Assembly (NCBI GenBank): GCA_021796385.1
Contig: JAJYXQ010000043.1
Coordinates: forward strand, 2,202-66,201
Direction of reading: 5' to 3'
Length of the DNA: 64,000 nucleotides
DNA from: Thermoplasmata archaeon
GTDB lineage: Archaea > Thermoplasmatota > Thermoplasmata > Lutacidiplasmatales > UBA184
The position numbers and the translations under genes were made by a program. Below, piece after piece: positions 8,020 to 17,274 of the stretch (position 1 is its first letter; every line of letters starts with the position of its first letter). The notes beneath the pieces are model-generated. The model made no database searches and had not been told where the DNA came from. It was given only the letters and a program-made list of their open reading frames with translations.

Positions 8020-9257
8020 TTACACTGTTGCCCCCGGGTTGGGTTTCAACTCCGCTAAGAGTCGTTCTCGAGTTCAAGTACGGTAAGAGTTTGCCCGAAC
8101 ACAGTCGCGAGGAGGGACCGATTCCCGTTTTCGGCTCGAGCGGTGTGGTGGGAACTCATACTGTGGCATGGACAAGCGGTCCGACTATTGTGGTAGGCCG
8201 GAAGGGCACGGTTGGTGCGACTCACTTTTCAGCCGGCCCATGTTGGCCCATTGACACCACGTACTATGTCGATGATTTCGGTCCACTCGATCCAAAATTC
8301 CTGACACACCAATTACGGTTCATGGCTCTAGGCCAACATAACACGTCAACAGCCATTCCGGGGTTGAATCGCGACATAGTCTACGACCAAGATGTGAGGA
8401 TAGCTCCCCTCCCCGAGCAGCACCGCATCGTGGAGGCCATCGAAGCCAACTTCGCCAGGCTGGATGAGGCGGTCGCGGGGTTGGAGCGGGCATGGGCGAA
8501 CCTTGCCCGGTACCGAGATAATGTGCTGAAAGAGGCTTGCGAAGGGCGTCTGATCTTTTCGCGGGCGAGCACCACAACTCTTGGAGAGATAGCGGAAATT
8601 CAGGGTGGCATTACTCTTGGGAAGAAGCGTGGTCAGGGAGAGCGAGTTCGACCCGTGCCATACCTCCGAGTTGCGAATGTTCAGCGCGGTCGTCTCGACC
8701 TCTCCGAGATGAAGTCCATTCCAGCGACGGAGGAGGAAATTGGTCGTCTTCGACTCGTCAGGGGCGACGTCTTATTCAATGAAGGAGGAGATCGCGACAA
8801 ACTCGGTCGTGGCTGGATCTGGGAAGACCAGTTACCGGAGTGCATCCATCAGAACCACGTGTTTCGAGCGAGAGTCAACTCTTGCATGGCCTTCTCGAAG
8901 TTCATTTCTTACTATGGCAACTCCGTGGCGCAGGGGTATTTTTGGGACGAGGGAAAGCATACGACCAACATGGCGTCCATCAACCGCACGTCTCTTGCCG
9001 CCTTGCCAATCCGCCTTCCCCCGCTCCAGACCCAACTTGATATCGTTACCGAGGTTGAGCGCATTCTGTCAATTTCCGACGAAGCCTCAGTCGAGGTTCG
9101 CAAGTCCCTCGACCGAGCAAACCATCTCCGCAAGTCGATCCTTGAAGCCGCTTACTCGGGCCACCTCGTGCGGCAGGAACCTAGTGACGAACCAGCGAGC
9201 GCGCTCCTCGAGCGCATCAAGGCCGAACGCTCCAGGTCTGCCCCTCGGAGGCGGTAG
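8016..9257 (+). CDS. hsdS: Type I R-M specificity subunit
   Basis: Two TRDs, conserved PLPEQHRIV / PPLQTQ..IV helices, DEPASALLERIKAER tail. Confidence 0.95.
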   Translation: MITLLPPGWVSTPLRVVLEFKYGKSLPEHSREEGPIPVFGSSGVVGTHTVAWTSGPTIVVGRKGTVGATHFSAGPCWPIDTTYYVDDFGPLDPKFLTHQLRFMALGQHNTSTAIPGLNRDIVYDQDVRIAPLPEQHRIVEAIEANFARLDEAVAGLERAWANLARYRDNVLKEACEGRLIFSRASTTTLGEIAEIQGGITLGKKRGQGERVRPVPYLRVANVQRGRLDLSEMKSIPATEEEIGRLRLVRGDVLFNEGGDRDKLGRGWIWEDQLPECIHQNHVFRARVNSCMAFSKFISYYGNSVAQGYFWDEGKHTTNMASINRTSLAALPIRLPPLQTQLDIVTEVERILSISDEASVEVRKSLDRANHLRKSILEAAYSGHLVRQEPSDEPASALLERIKAERSRSAPRRR

Positions 9258-9259
9258 CT

Positions 9260-10777
9260 ATGCGGGTCCTGCTCGATACTAACATCCTAATCCATCGCGA
9301 GGCGGACCGGGTTGACCGAGAAGACATTGGAACCTTGTTCCGGGCTCTGGACTCCATCCATGCAGAGAAATGCGTCCACCCTGCCTCCATTGAGGAGATT
9401 GCACGACACGCGGTCCCCGGAGTGGTCCACGCTTTCAAGGTCAAGCTGGACAGCTACCATGTCCTGAAGACGCTCGCCCCTGTAACTTCTGAGACTGCGC
9501 CTCTCGGAGTCGGAGACCGTACCGATAATGACCGGATTGACACCGCACTACTGCGCGAGGTCGCGGCCGGCCGCGTTGACGCCCTCATCACTGAAGACCG
9601 GGGAATCCATGCGAAGGCACGGTCGGTCGGTCTCTCCGCGTCGGTATTCACAATCGATTCCTTCTTGGAGAAGGTCAATGCCGAGAACCCCCCGCTCGCG
9701 GACTATCGGGTCCTTTCCGTCAGGAAGACCCACTTTGGCGCGGTCAACCTCCGTGACAAGTTCTTCGACTCGTTCCGCAGTGAGTACAAGGACTTCGACA
9801 AGTGGTTCAACAGGAAAGCCGACGAGGTCGCCTATTGCTGTACCGACGTTGGAGGAGACATAGTCGCATTCCTCTTCGTCAAGCGCGAGGGTGTGGAAGA
9901 GAACTACTCGGACATCTCTCCTCCCTTCGGAAAGGCAAACCGTCTCAAGATTGGCACGTTCAAGGTCACAGCCAATGGCTACAAACTTGGCGAGCGTCTC
10001 CTCAAGATCGTATTCGATAACTCTCTCCTCTACGGTGTGGACGAAATCTACGTGACCGCGTTCGGCAAGTCCACGGAACAAGAGCGATTGCTCGGTCTCC
10101 TGGGGGAATGGGGGTTCATTTTGCACGGCACGAAGACCACACTCGACGGGGTGGAGCAAGTTTGGCTTCGTAACTTCCGCCCTGCCTTCGATGCGGCAAA
10201 CCCACGGAGGAGCTACCCTTACATCTCGACACAGACGAGACAATTCATCGTGCCGATCTACCCGGCTTATCATACCGAGCTCCTTCCCGACTCCATCCTG
10301 GACACCGAGTCGCCGGCGGATTTCGTCGAGAGCAAGCCCAACCGTAACGCGATCAGTAAAGTCTACGTCTCGCGTTCCATTGAGCGGGGACTGCGACCCG
10401 GGGACATCATCGTATTCTACCGCACAAGATCAGGCAATGGTCCTGCCCACTACACTTCGGTGGCGACTACTCTCGGAATCGTCCAAGAGGTAGTCGAAGG
10501 CTTCCATACCAAGGACGAGTTCATCAAAGTCTGTCGGAAACGTAGCGTATTCACAGACGCGGAACTTACGGCCCAGTGGGATCACAATCCAAGTTCTCGT
10601 CCATTCATCGTCAACTTTCTCTACGCCTATTCACTTCCTACTCGGCCAAACCTCGTGAAGTTGAAGGAGGCGGGCATCATCACCGATGCCCCACGAGGCA
10701 TCGAATTCATGTCGATTGAATCGTTTAGAAAGTTGCTAGAGGTGTCTAATGCCAACAAGCGCGTTGTTATCGATTAG
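9260..10777 (+). CDS. PIN - GNAT-like - PUA/EVE-like fusion protein
   Basis: PIN: LLDTNILI...D.ID...LITED; GNAT-like: LKIGTFKV...KLGERLL...IYVT...WGF; C-terminal IVPIYP.YH..L...KVY...PGDIIVFY. Confidence 0.8.
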   Translation: MRVLLDTNILIHREADRVDREDIGTLFRALDSIHAEKCVHPASIEEIARHAVPGVVHAFKVKLDSYHVLKTLAPVTSETAPLGVGDRTDNDRIDTALLREVAAGRVDALITEDRGIHAKARSVGLSASVFTIDSFLEKVNAENPPLADYRVLSVRKTHFGAVNLRDKFFDSFRSEYKDFDKWFNRKADEVAYCCTDVGGDIVAFLFVKREGVEENYSDISPPFGKANRLKIGTFKVTANGYKLGERLLKIVFDNSLLYGVDEIYVTAFGKSTEQERLLGLLGEWGFILHGTKTTLDGVEQVWLRNFRPAFDAANPRRSYPYISTQTRQFIVPIYPAYHTELLPDSILDTESPADFVESKPNRNAISKVYVSRSIERGLRPGDIIVFYRTRSGNGPAHYTSVATTLGIVQEVVEGFHTKDEFIKVCRKRSVFTDAELTAQWDHNPSSRPFIVNFLYAYSLPTRPNLVKLKEAGIITDAPRGIEFMSIESFRKLLEVSNANKRVVID

Positions 10778-11141
10778 GCCCGAGTTCGCGGAGGCCATTC
10801 TAGAAGGGAGGAAGACCTATGAGCTTCGGCGCCGCTTATTTGCTCGCGATGACGTCACCCGAATCTTGGTCTATGCCTCCAGTCCTGTGCAGCGCGTGGT
10901 CGGCGAGTTCTCCGTGGAGAAGATCCTAGCGATGGAGCCGCGCAAGCTCTGGGCTGTAACTTCAAGTGGAGCTGCCGTGCAGCGGAGACTCTTCGACTCG
11001 TACTTCGAAGACCGGCAAGTAGGATATGCCATCAAGGTGGGAAAGGTGCGGCGCTATGGACATCCAATGACCCTGAAGGAAAGCTGCGGCTTGGAGCGCC
11101 CACCGCAGTCGTTTTGCTATCTTCGCCCAAAGGGTGACTGA
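10749..11141 (+). CDS. ASCH domain protein
   Basis: LLSIRPEFAEAILEGRKTYELRR, YASSP...VGEF, PPQSFCY. Confidence 0.9.
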   Translation: MPTSALLSIRPEFAEAILEGRKTYELRRRLFARDDVTRILVYASSPVQRVVGEFSVEKILAMEPRKLWAVTSSGAAVQRRLFDSYFEDRQVGYAIKVGKVRRYGHPMTLKESCGLERPPQSFCYLRPKGD

Positions 11142-12700
11142 TGGCAACCAACCACTCCCAACAGATCATCCAGAAGTTGTGGAACTACTGCAACGTCCTG
11201 CGTGACGACGGCCTATCCTACGGGGACTACCTCGAACAACTGACCTACCTCCTCTTCCTCAAGATGGCTCACGAACAGACGCAACCGCCGTGGAGCCGTG
11301 CTTCCCCCATCCCGGAACAGTTCGCCTGGCCGAGCCTCCTCAAGCGCTCCGGCGACGACCTTGAGACCCACTACCGGCACATCCTGGAGTCCCTCGGGAA
11401 GGAGAAGGGGATGCTGGGAATCATCTTCCGCAAGGCCCAGAACAAGGTCCAGGATCCCGCCAAGCTCGAACGCCTCATCAAGGACCTCATCGACCGCGAA
11501 CAGTGGATGTCCCTTGACGCCGACGTCAAGGGAGATGCCTACGAGGGACTCCTCCAGAAGAACGCCGAGGATGTGAAGGGAGGGGCCGGCCAGTACTTCA
11601 CCCCACGGCCCCTCATCCGAGCCATCGTGGATGTCATGCGGCCGGCGCCGGGAGAGACCGCCTGCGACCCTGCGTGCGGGACGGGCGGCTTCCTCCTCGC
11701 CGCCCACGACTACATCGTCCGCACGAACCCGAACCTCGACAAGACGCAGAAGAAGCACCTGAAGCTCCAGGCCCTTCATGGTGTCGAGATCGTGGACGCC
11801 GTGACGCGCCTCTGCGCGATGAACCTCCTCTTACATGGTATCGGACCTCAGGACGACGAGTCCGTCCCACCCGTGAAGACCGACGACAGCTTACGCGCCG
11901 ACCCCGGGGACCGCTTCGACATGGTCCTCACGAACCCCCCCTTCGGTCGGAAGTCCTCGGTCATGATCGTCAACCAGGAAGGGGAAGAAGAGAAGCAGTC
12001 GCTCACAGTCGTCCGCGATGACTTCTGGGCGGAGACGAGCAACAAGCAGTTGAACTTCGTCCAGCACGTCAAGACCCTCCTCAAGGTCAACGGAAGGGCG
12101 GCCGTCGTGGTTCCCGACAATGTCCTCTTCGAGGGAGGGGCGGGGGAGACCATCCGCAGGAAGCTCCTCGAGACGTGCGAGGTCCACACCCTCCTGCGTC
12201 TCCCCACGGGCATCTTCTACGCCCAGGGTGTGAAGGCCAACGTCCTCTTCTTCGACAAGAAGCCCGGGAGCGCAAAGCCCTGGACCCAGAAGTTGTGGGT
12301 CTACGATTTGCGAACGAACCAGCACTTCACTCTCCGCACGAATCCCCTGAAGCGGGAGGACCTGGACGAGTTCGTAGCCTGCTACAACCCGAAGAACCGG
12401 CACGAGCGGAAGTCCACCTACGACCCGAAGGCAAACCCACAGGGGAGGTGGCGTGCCTACGACTATGAGGAGCTCCTACAGCGGGACAAGGTGAGTCTCG
12501 ACCTGCTGTGGCTCAAGGACGATAGTCTGGAGGATTCGGCCAACCTCCCCGAGCCCCATGTCATTGCCGCCGAGATCGCCGAGGATCTGCAGGCGGCCGC
12601 TGAGCAGTTTGCGCTCATTGCCAATGACCTTCAGAGCCGCATGAAGAAGCCGGCGTCGGGGGATGACGGAAAGAAAAAATCCCTCCAGAGCAAGGGATAG
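11141..12700 (+). CDS. hsdM: Type I R-M N6-adenine methyltransferase
   Basis: GQYFTPR, DPACGTGGFL, NPPF. Confidence 0.96.
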   Translation: MATNHSQQIIQKLWNYCNVLRDDGLSYGDYLEQLTYLLFLKMAHEQTQPPWSRASPIPEQFAWPSLLKRSGDDLETHYRHILESLGKEKGMLGIIFRKAQNKVQDPAKLERLIKDLIDREQWMSLDADVKGDAYEGLLQKNAEDVKGGAGQYFTPRPLIRAIVDVMRPAPGETACDPACGTGGFLLAAHDYIVRTNPNLDKTQKKHLKLQALHGVEIVDAVTRLCAMNLLLHGIGPQDDESVPPVKTDDSLRADPGDRFDMVLTNPPFGRKSSVMIVNQEGEEEKQSLTVVRDDFWAETSNKQLNFVQHVKTLLKVNGRAAVVVPDNVLFEGGAGETIRRKLLETCEVHTLLRLPTGIFYAQGVKANVLFFDKKPGSAKPWTQKLWVYDLRTNQHFTLRTNPLKREDLDEFVACYNPKNRHERKSTYDPKANPQGRWRAYDYEELLQRDKVSLDLLWLKDDSLEDSANLPEPHVIAAEIAEDLQAAAEQFALIANDLQSRMKKPASGDDGKKKSLQSKG

Positions 12701-12703
12701 CCG

Positions 12704-13150
12704 ATGAGCCCATTGGCGTGGTTCCCCCGCGGCCGCTGGCCCTCCCCGTGCGCCGGGTGCGGGAAGAAGATCCCCTCCTCCTCCCGCCGGACCCACGACC
12801 CGGCCACGAACAAGTTCTACCACCCCGCGTGCGCACCTGAGCCCGACCCCGACAACGGCGCAGCCGGCCAGTCGGGACCAGGGAAGAGTTCACTCGAAGC
12901 GCAAAGCAAGGCGGGGAACCTCCCCGGCTTCGTGAGCGGCGACAAGCTGAAGCCGGGCCCGCCCCGCGTGGCAATCTACGCGCGGGTCTCCACCAAGAAG
13001 CAGGAGACGGAGAACCAGGTGGTCTGGCTGCGCGACTACACCGCCCAGATGGGTCGGGCCGTGGCGGAGGTCCTGAGGGAGCTGGGGCTCCCGAAGACGG
13101 CGCTGTCGGCGGTGCAGAGAGCCGTTACGACGAGGCAGGAATTGAGGTGA
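12704..13150 (+). pseudogene. Zn-finger fused to internally deleted serine recombinase (resolvase)
   Basis: CAGCGKKI...YHPAC, then VAIYARVSTKKQETENQ, followed after ~12 aa by an HTH-like VAEVLRELGLPKT segment. Confidence 0.7.
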
Positions 13151-13767
13151 TGCGGGTGATGGAGGAACTCAACAACATTCAGTTTCCGAGAATTGATGAC
13201 TACTTCTACCCTAGCGGAAGTTTGGCGGAGGGTTGGAAGTTCAAATCGCAGAAAGCGAGAGCAGCCTGGATTCTCTTCAGGCTCTATTTGAACGGCACCA
13301 TTACTCAATGGAATCGCATGGCCGAGAATGCGGACTCTTCCCGTAAGGATATGGGAAACCTACAGGTGTGGTGCAGAAACCAGATTGACTTGCATTTCTA
13401 TCTTATCTGCTGGGACAAGATGCATAAGTATCTCAAAGTCTTTGTTAACGAACAGGATGACAGCGAGATTCTCAGGATATATTCTCGAATTAAGCGCCTG
13501 CTCGAAATGGGAAAACTAGCTCGAGACCATCTTGAGCACCTGGACAAACGAATCGATAGACCCACTACGGGATTCCATTATCTCGGTATTGGATCGGATG
13601 GGATGCTCACGCTGGCGTACAGAGATGTACCCAACAAGGGCGGAATAATCGAGAGGGATGTTGCGTTAGGCAAGGATGAAGTGGAGCAAGTGATGGCAAC
13701 GTTCAAAAATATCATGGATGTCTTGGAGGGTTCGACTCGAAGTAATCCGCGCCAAAACGATTTGTAG
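13147..13767 (+). CDS. Hypothetical helical protein with Rx4H motif (putative HEPN RNase)
   Basis: RDHLEH at 13522-13539; AT-rich; start overlaps upstream stop. Confidence 0.55.
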   Translation: MMRVMEELNNIQFPRIDDYFYPSGSLAEGWKFKSQKARAAWILFRLYLNGTITQWNRMAENADSSRKDMGNLQVWCRNQIDLHFYLICWDKMHKYLKVFVNEQDDSEILRIYSRIKRLLEMGKLARDHLEHLDKRIDRPTTGFHYLGIGSDGMLTLAYRDVPNKGGIIERDVALGKDEVEQVMATFKNIMDVLEGSTRSNPRQNDL

Positions 13768-13797
13768 CGGGACCACTGGAGAGTTGGACATTTTTAG

Positions 13798-13828
13798 CCC
13801 TACCTAAAGGGGACATTTAGGGATAGGG
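13798..13828. terminator. Hairpin between convergent genes
   Basis: CCCTACCTAAA ... TTTAGGGATAGGG. Confidence 0.35.
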
Positions 13829-13844
13829 GAGTCTTCTAAAGACT

Positions 13845-14315
13845 CTATGCGCAAAGCGACTGAATCTTGTCAATGAGTTCAAGGGCGCCGTTGTAGTAAT
13901 CTTTGAGACGACCATAGGAGATGCCTACATCGGAACCGTGCGATATGCTGTTCCGATTATTGACAATGCTGTTGACAGCCTCCTTCACGCGGTCATCCAA
14001 GCAATTCAGTTCTGCCTGCCATTTTGGGCTAAATGCTCCCGCAAGTTCAAGTATCTTCTGCATGTTTGGATTTTGAAAGTACTCCAGTTGGCTGCCAACG
14101 TAATTCGATACCGTGGGGGCGGCCTTGTTGGAGGCGTAGCCAGCGTAGATCGTGCGTAATGAGGTTTCGAGAAAACCAGAAATCAGGATGCAAAGGTAAC
14201 GTGTCCAATGGGACTGCATCTCAGGGTCGTCGGTGATCCGTATCTTCTCGAATAGGCGATCGATTCGCTGTTGTCGCCGCTTAATCTCGAAGTCATAGTA
14301 TCCCAGATTGGTCAT
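13845..14315 (-). CDS. HEPN domain protein (MAE_28990/RiboL-PSP-like)
   Basis: ILISGFLE and NNRNSISHG motifs. Confidence 0.85.
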   Translation of the reverse strand: MTNLGYYDFEIKRRQQRIDRLFEKIRITDDPEMQSHWTRYLCILISGFLETSLRTIYAGYASNKAAPTVSNYVGSQLEYFQNPNMQKILELAGAFSPKWQAELNCLDDRVKEAVNSIVNNRNSISHGSDVGISYGRLKDYYNGALELIDKIQSLCA

Positions 14316-15376
14316 GGTACATTCATGAAAGCATCGACTGCGAGCTTCATGCGCGCAGCGAGCTGAGCCTCTCTTGCCGTTGCCTTTCCAGATGCTTGGA
14401 TAAAGTCCGGATTCAAGAGAAGACTGTCATATGCCTGTGAGAGGGAGGTAGGGTTAGAGAGGGGGCCCCTCTTGAGCCTCTCAGCTACCCCCACCATGAC
14501 CGAATCAAAGACAGCCGCGTTCAACACCCCTTGCGGACGGAAGGCCCTCACTCCAATCGTGTCGTGAATGGTATGGATGGTCTTCGAAAACGTCGAGGTG
14601 AGTTCGTCCGCAGATTGCAGCACAAGACGCCGGTTTTTGGACATGTACCGGTTAAGGAACTTCTTCATGGGGCTTTCGTATTTCGTGCGATAATAGAACA
14701 TGGACAGGAACCGGAGAAGGAGTTCTTGGTCTCGCATTCTAGAACTCGTGTCACCGTATATCGCGCGCCAATCTTTGTTCCGATTCAGTTCCTTTAACAA
14801 TTCCTTGAATTCTCCATGGTAAATGGCGCTTCGAATCTCTTGGGATTGGAGATCGGTTCCGCCGGTGTTAAGTCGCTCGAAAATGAGGAAGGTACTGCTG
14901 TTCTCGTCTTCGGGCTCGTCCTGCCTAACGATTGTCGCATGGAGGATTGAATCGTCTAGCCTCCTTCGAGCTTCATCGGGGAGGGTTTTGTACGTCATGT
15001 CCTTGAATCGGCTTACGACCCCTCTTAGCTCAAACGCCTTCTTAGAAGGTTCAAAGACTCCATCGAAGAAGAACTGAAGAGTGCGCAATCGTTGGTTTCC
15101 GTCAATTACTAGGAGTTTCTGGGTCGATTCTTCCTTTGAAAGGAAGATGCCGGGGACCGGCAATCCCAAGAGGAGAGATTCGATGAACCTGCATGCTTGG
15201 CTGTAGGTCCAGACGTACCCTCTTTGGAAATCTGGCAGGGAGATGTCTCCGGCTTTGAGACGCTTGACAAGGCTGTCGACGGTGTAGTCGGCACCATAAG
15301 CCGTTATCGAGTAGTCGAACAGTATTTCTTCCTCGAACTCATCGCCTAAGCTGTCAACGATTTCGGTGTCGACCAT
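14312..15376 (-). CDS. DUF262 (GmrS/ParB-like) protein
   Basis: PDFQRGYVW, IESLLLGLPVP, VIDGNQRL, IFERLNTGG. Confidence 0.92.
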   Translation of the reverse strand: MVDTEIVDSLGDEFEEEILFDYSITAYGADYTVDSLVKRLKAGDISLPDFQRGYVWTYSQACRFIESLLLGLPVPGIFLSKEESTQKLLVIDGNQRLRTLQFFFDGVFEPSKKAFELRGVVSRFKDMTYKTLPDEARRRLDDSILHATIVRQDEPEDENSSTFLIFERLNTGGTDLQSQEIRSAIYHGEFKELLKELNRNKDWRAIYGDTSSRMRDQELLLRFLSMFYYRTKYESPMKKFLNRYMSKNRRLVLQSADELTSTFSKTIHTIHDTIGVRAFRPQGVLNAAVFDSVMVGVAERLKRGPLSNPTSLSQAYDSLLLNPDFIQASGKATAREAQLAARMKLAVDAFMNVP

Positions 15377-15738
15377 CAAACCCACCGGTGTAGTGGGGAG
15401 ATGGTGAGAAAGGGTATGATGTTTTCTGCCTGGTTTGCAGAGATTATGGAGAATCCAGAGTTCGCTCGCAGCTTACTTTTCCCATTCCCGTCAGCGACGC
15501 CCCACCCAAGTTGCTCCGTAGGGGTGTTGGGGTCTTTGCCGTCAGCAACAAGCTCATGCCTGGCATGAAACCCAGCAGTTCTGAAGAAAGGGGATGGGTT
15601 AAGCGTCAAGTTCAAGTTGTGTCCTTTCGTGGCGGCAATAATATCAGATGGTTACGGTCATGTGTATCACATCGCTCAAAACGAACTTCGCATTTCTCTT
15701 GTCTAGTCGATTTCAATAGCATATGAACCCGATTGATA

Positions 15739-16197
15739 TCAGCTTCGCGAATGTGGGGGGTATCGATACTTCCGGTCTCCCCCCCCCAACATATCAAAGC
15801 CACTTTTCACAGAATGGCAAGACCGGCAAAGGGTCCAGAGGTTCCACATTTCGTTAATGTTGCCAAGCTGCAGCTCGATAAGATGGTCCACCTCGAAGAG
15901 ACCCTTGGTGTCCCCGCATGCTTGGCACCTGTGTTGATCTCGTTCGAGGATCGATTCTCGCCAGCGATAGGCCCTTTTGGCGAGTTGGTGCTTCGACTCG
16001 GGTCCCTTGGTAACTCCTGAACGTGTCACACGCCAGGAGTGAGGTGTGCCAAGGGCAAGATGTCCTTCGACCCGCATGCACTCGGCCGAAATGATAGCGG
16101 ACGGGCGTTCGTAGTACTTCTCCATGATGCAGTCATACCTTGCTATGCATTTTGGGTAAGCCTTCAAGTCCGCAGTGAATGCGTCGTTCTTTTCCAT
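15739..16197 (-). CDS. HNH endonuclease (possibly frameshifted at G9 tract)
   Basis: ERDQHRCQACG...EVDH...N...NLWTLCRSCH..K. Confidence 0.85.
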   Translation of the reverse strand: MEKNDAFTADLKAYPKCIARYDCIMEKYYERPSAIISAECMRVEGHLALGTPHSWRVTRSGVTKGPESKHQLAKRAYRWRESILERDQHRCQACGDTKGLFEVDHLIELQLGNINEMWNLWTLCRSCHSVKSGFDMLGGGDRKYRYPPHSRS

Positions 16198-16274
16198 GAT
16201 CGTTCAAGTAGGAGCAAACATTCACTTAATTGTGGCTCTTTAATAGACACTCGATTCGAGCGTCACCGCCCACT

Positions 16275-16288
16275 GTGAGAAATCTCAC
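16275..16288. promoter_or_regulatory. Palindromic operator candidate between divergent genes
   Basis: GTGAGA-AA-TCTCAC. Confidence 0.35.
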
Positions 16289-16323
16289 GTACCCTCAAAT
16301 ACCCTTCCGTCTCGAACTCGGGC

Positions 16324-16617
16324 ATGTCCGCCGTTGCCCTCGTCCAAGAGAAGCCTCAGGAACACCGTAGGACCGCCCTCGTTGACTATTCCCAAGACGA
16401 TTCCAACCTATCGGCCGATGTGGCGGCCGTCACCGCCTTGCCCCAATCCAAGCCCGAGCTCGTGGTGAGCCTTCGCCCGTTGAAGACCGTTGCGGATAAG
16501 CTACTTCCCGATCACCCTCTCCGCATCCTTCTCTCCGGTGAGCCAGAGAACCTTCCTGTGGAGGAGTATCTCCTCAAGCTTCCCGGTTGGTATCGCCTTC
16601 TTCGTAGCGAGGAGTGA
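16324..16617 (+). CDS. Small hypothetical protein near the integrase
   Basis: Clean ORF; LK..A..L.PDHPLR.LL.GEP..L..EEYL.KL..W motif resembles small archaeal MGE proteins (recollection). Confidence 0.65.
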   Translation: MSAVALVQEKPQEHRRTALVDYSQDDSNLSADVAAVTALPQSKPELVVSLRPLKTVADKLLPDHPLRILLSGEPENLPVEEYLLKLPGWYRLLRSEE

Positions 16618-16621
16618 AACG

Positions 16622-17170
16622 ATGGATTCTCCTGTTGGCGACGAGCGAAAGTGGTGGGACTCCCTTCCTTCCGAGGTGAAGAAGAAGGTCAGGGACTTTG
16701 TGAATCAGTCGGAGGTGGATCTGGACCTTTCGACCATCGAGGCGCACATTGCTGAAGCCGGGGACTTCCTCGACCCGATCCGGGAGAAGCTCGCGCAATT
16801 GAACGAAACACTCGCGACCGTCCGCACGAGCCTGGAGGCGGCGATGTTCAGCTACTATCAGCTAGACGGCGAGGTCAGGGATTTCATTTCCGAAGATGGA
16901 CACAAAATGGAAGACCTCCAAGAAGTTCTCTGGCGACGCCTGGGAGACCCAAGGGGGCGCGTATCCTTGATAGCTCGTCGGTTGAAGACGCTGGACAGTC
17001 TCTTAGAGGAAATGGACCTCGCACTGGACCCTGACACTTCCCCTTTCCTCGAAGAGCAGTTGGAGATAGCAAGGCGAGCTGGGGACCTAGCGAAGGTGGG
17101 ATTGCTGGGCAAGACCATCCGAATGAAGAGGCGGCTTAAAGCGGGTCCGACTTCAACCATGCCTCGATAG
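16622..17170 (+). CDS. Hypothetical coiled-coil protein
   Basis: GGAGTGA SD before ATG 16622; helical acidic sequence. Confidence 0.6.
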   Translation: MDSPVGDERKWWDSLPSEVKKKVRDFVNQSEVDLDLSTIEAHIAEAGDFLDPIREKLAQLNETLATVRTSLEAAMFSYYQLDGEVRDFISEDGHKMEDLQEVLWRRLGDPRGRVSLIARRLKTLDSLLEEMDLALDPDTSPFLEEQLEIARRAGDLAKVGLLGKTIRMKRRLKAGPTSTMPR

Positions 17171-17274
17171 GGCTCGCCCTTCGAATATCCTTTCGATGCT
17201 TTTACGGTTCGCAGGCTCGACACGGGGGGACTCGGTAAGGTTAGGTCTGGTCTGTATTCGTTCTCTCCACGGGG

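Noticed and set aside
8016-9257. hsdS shufflon driven by the nearby resolvase
   Set aside because: Single hsdS, no silent TRD copies or flanking inverted repeats seen, recombinase truncated
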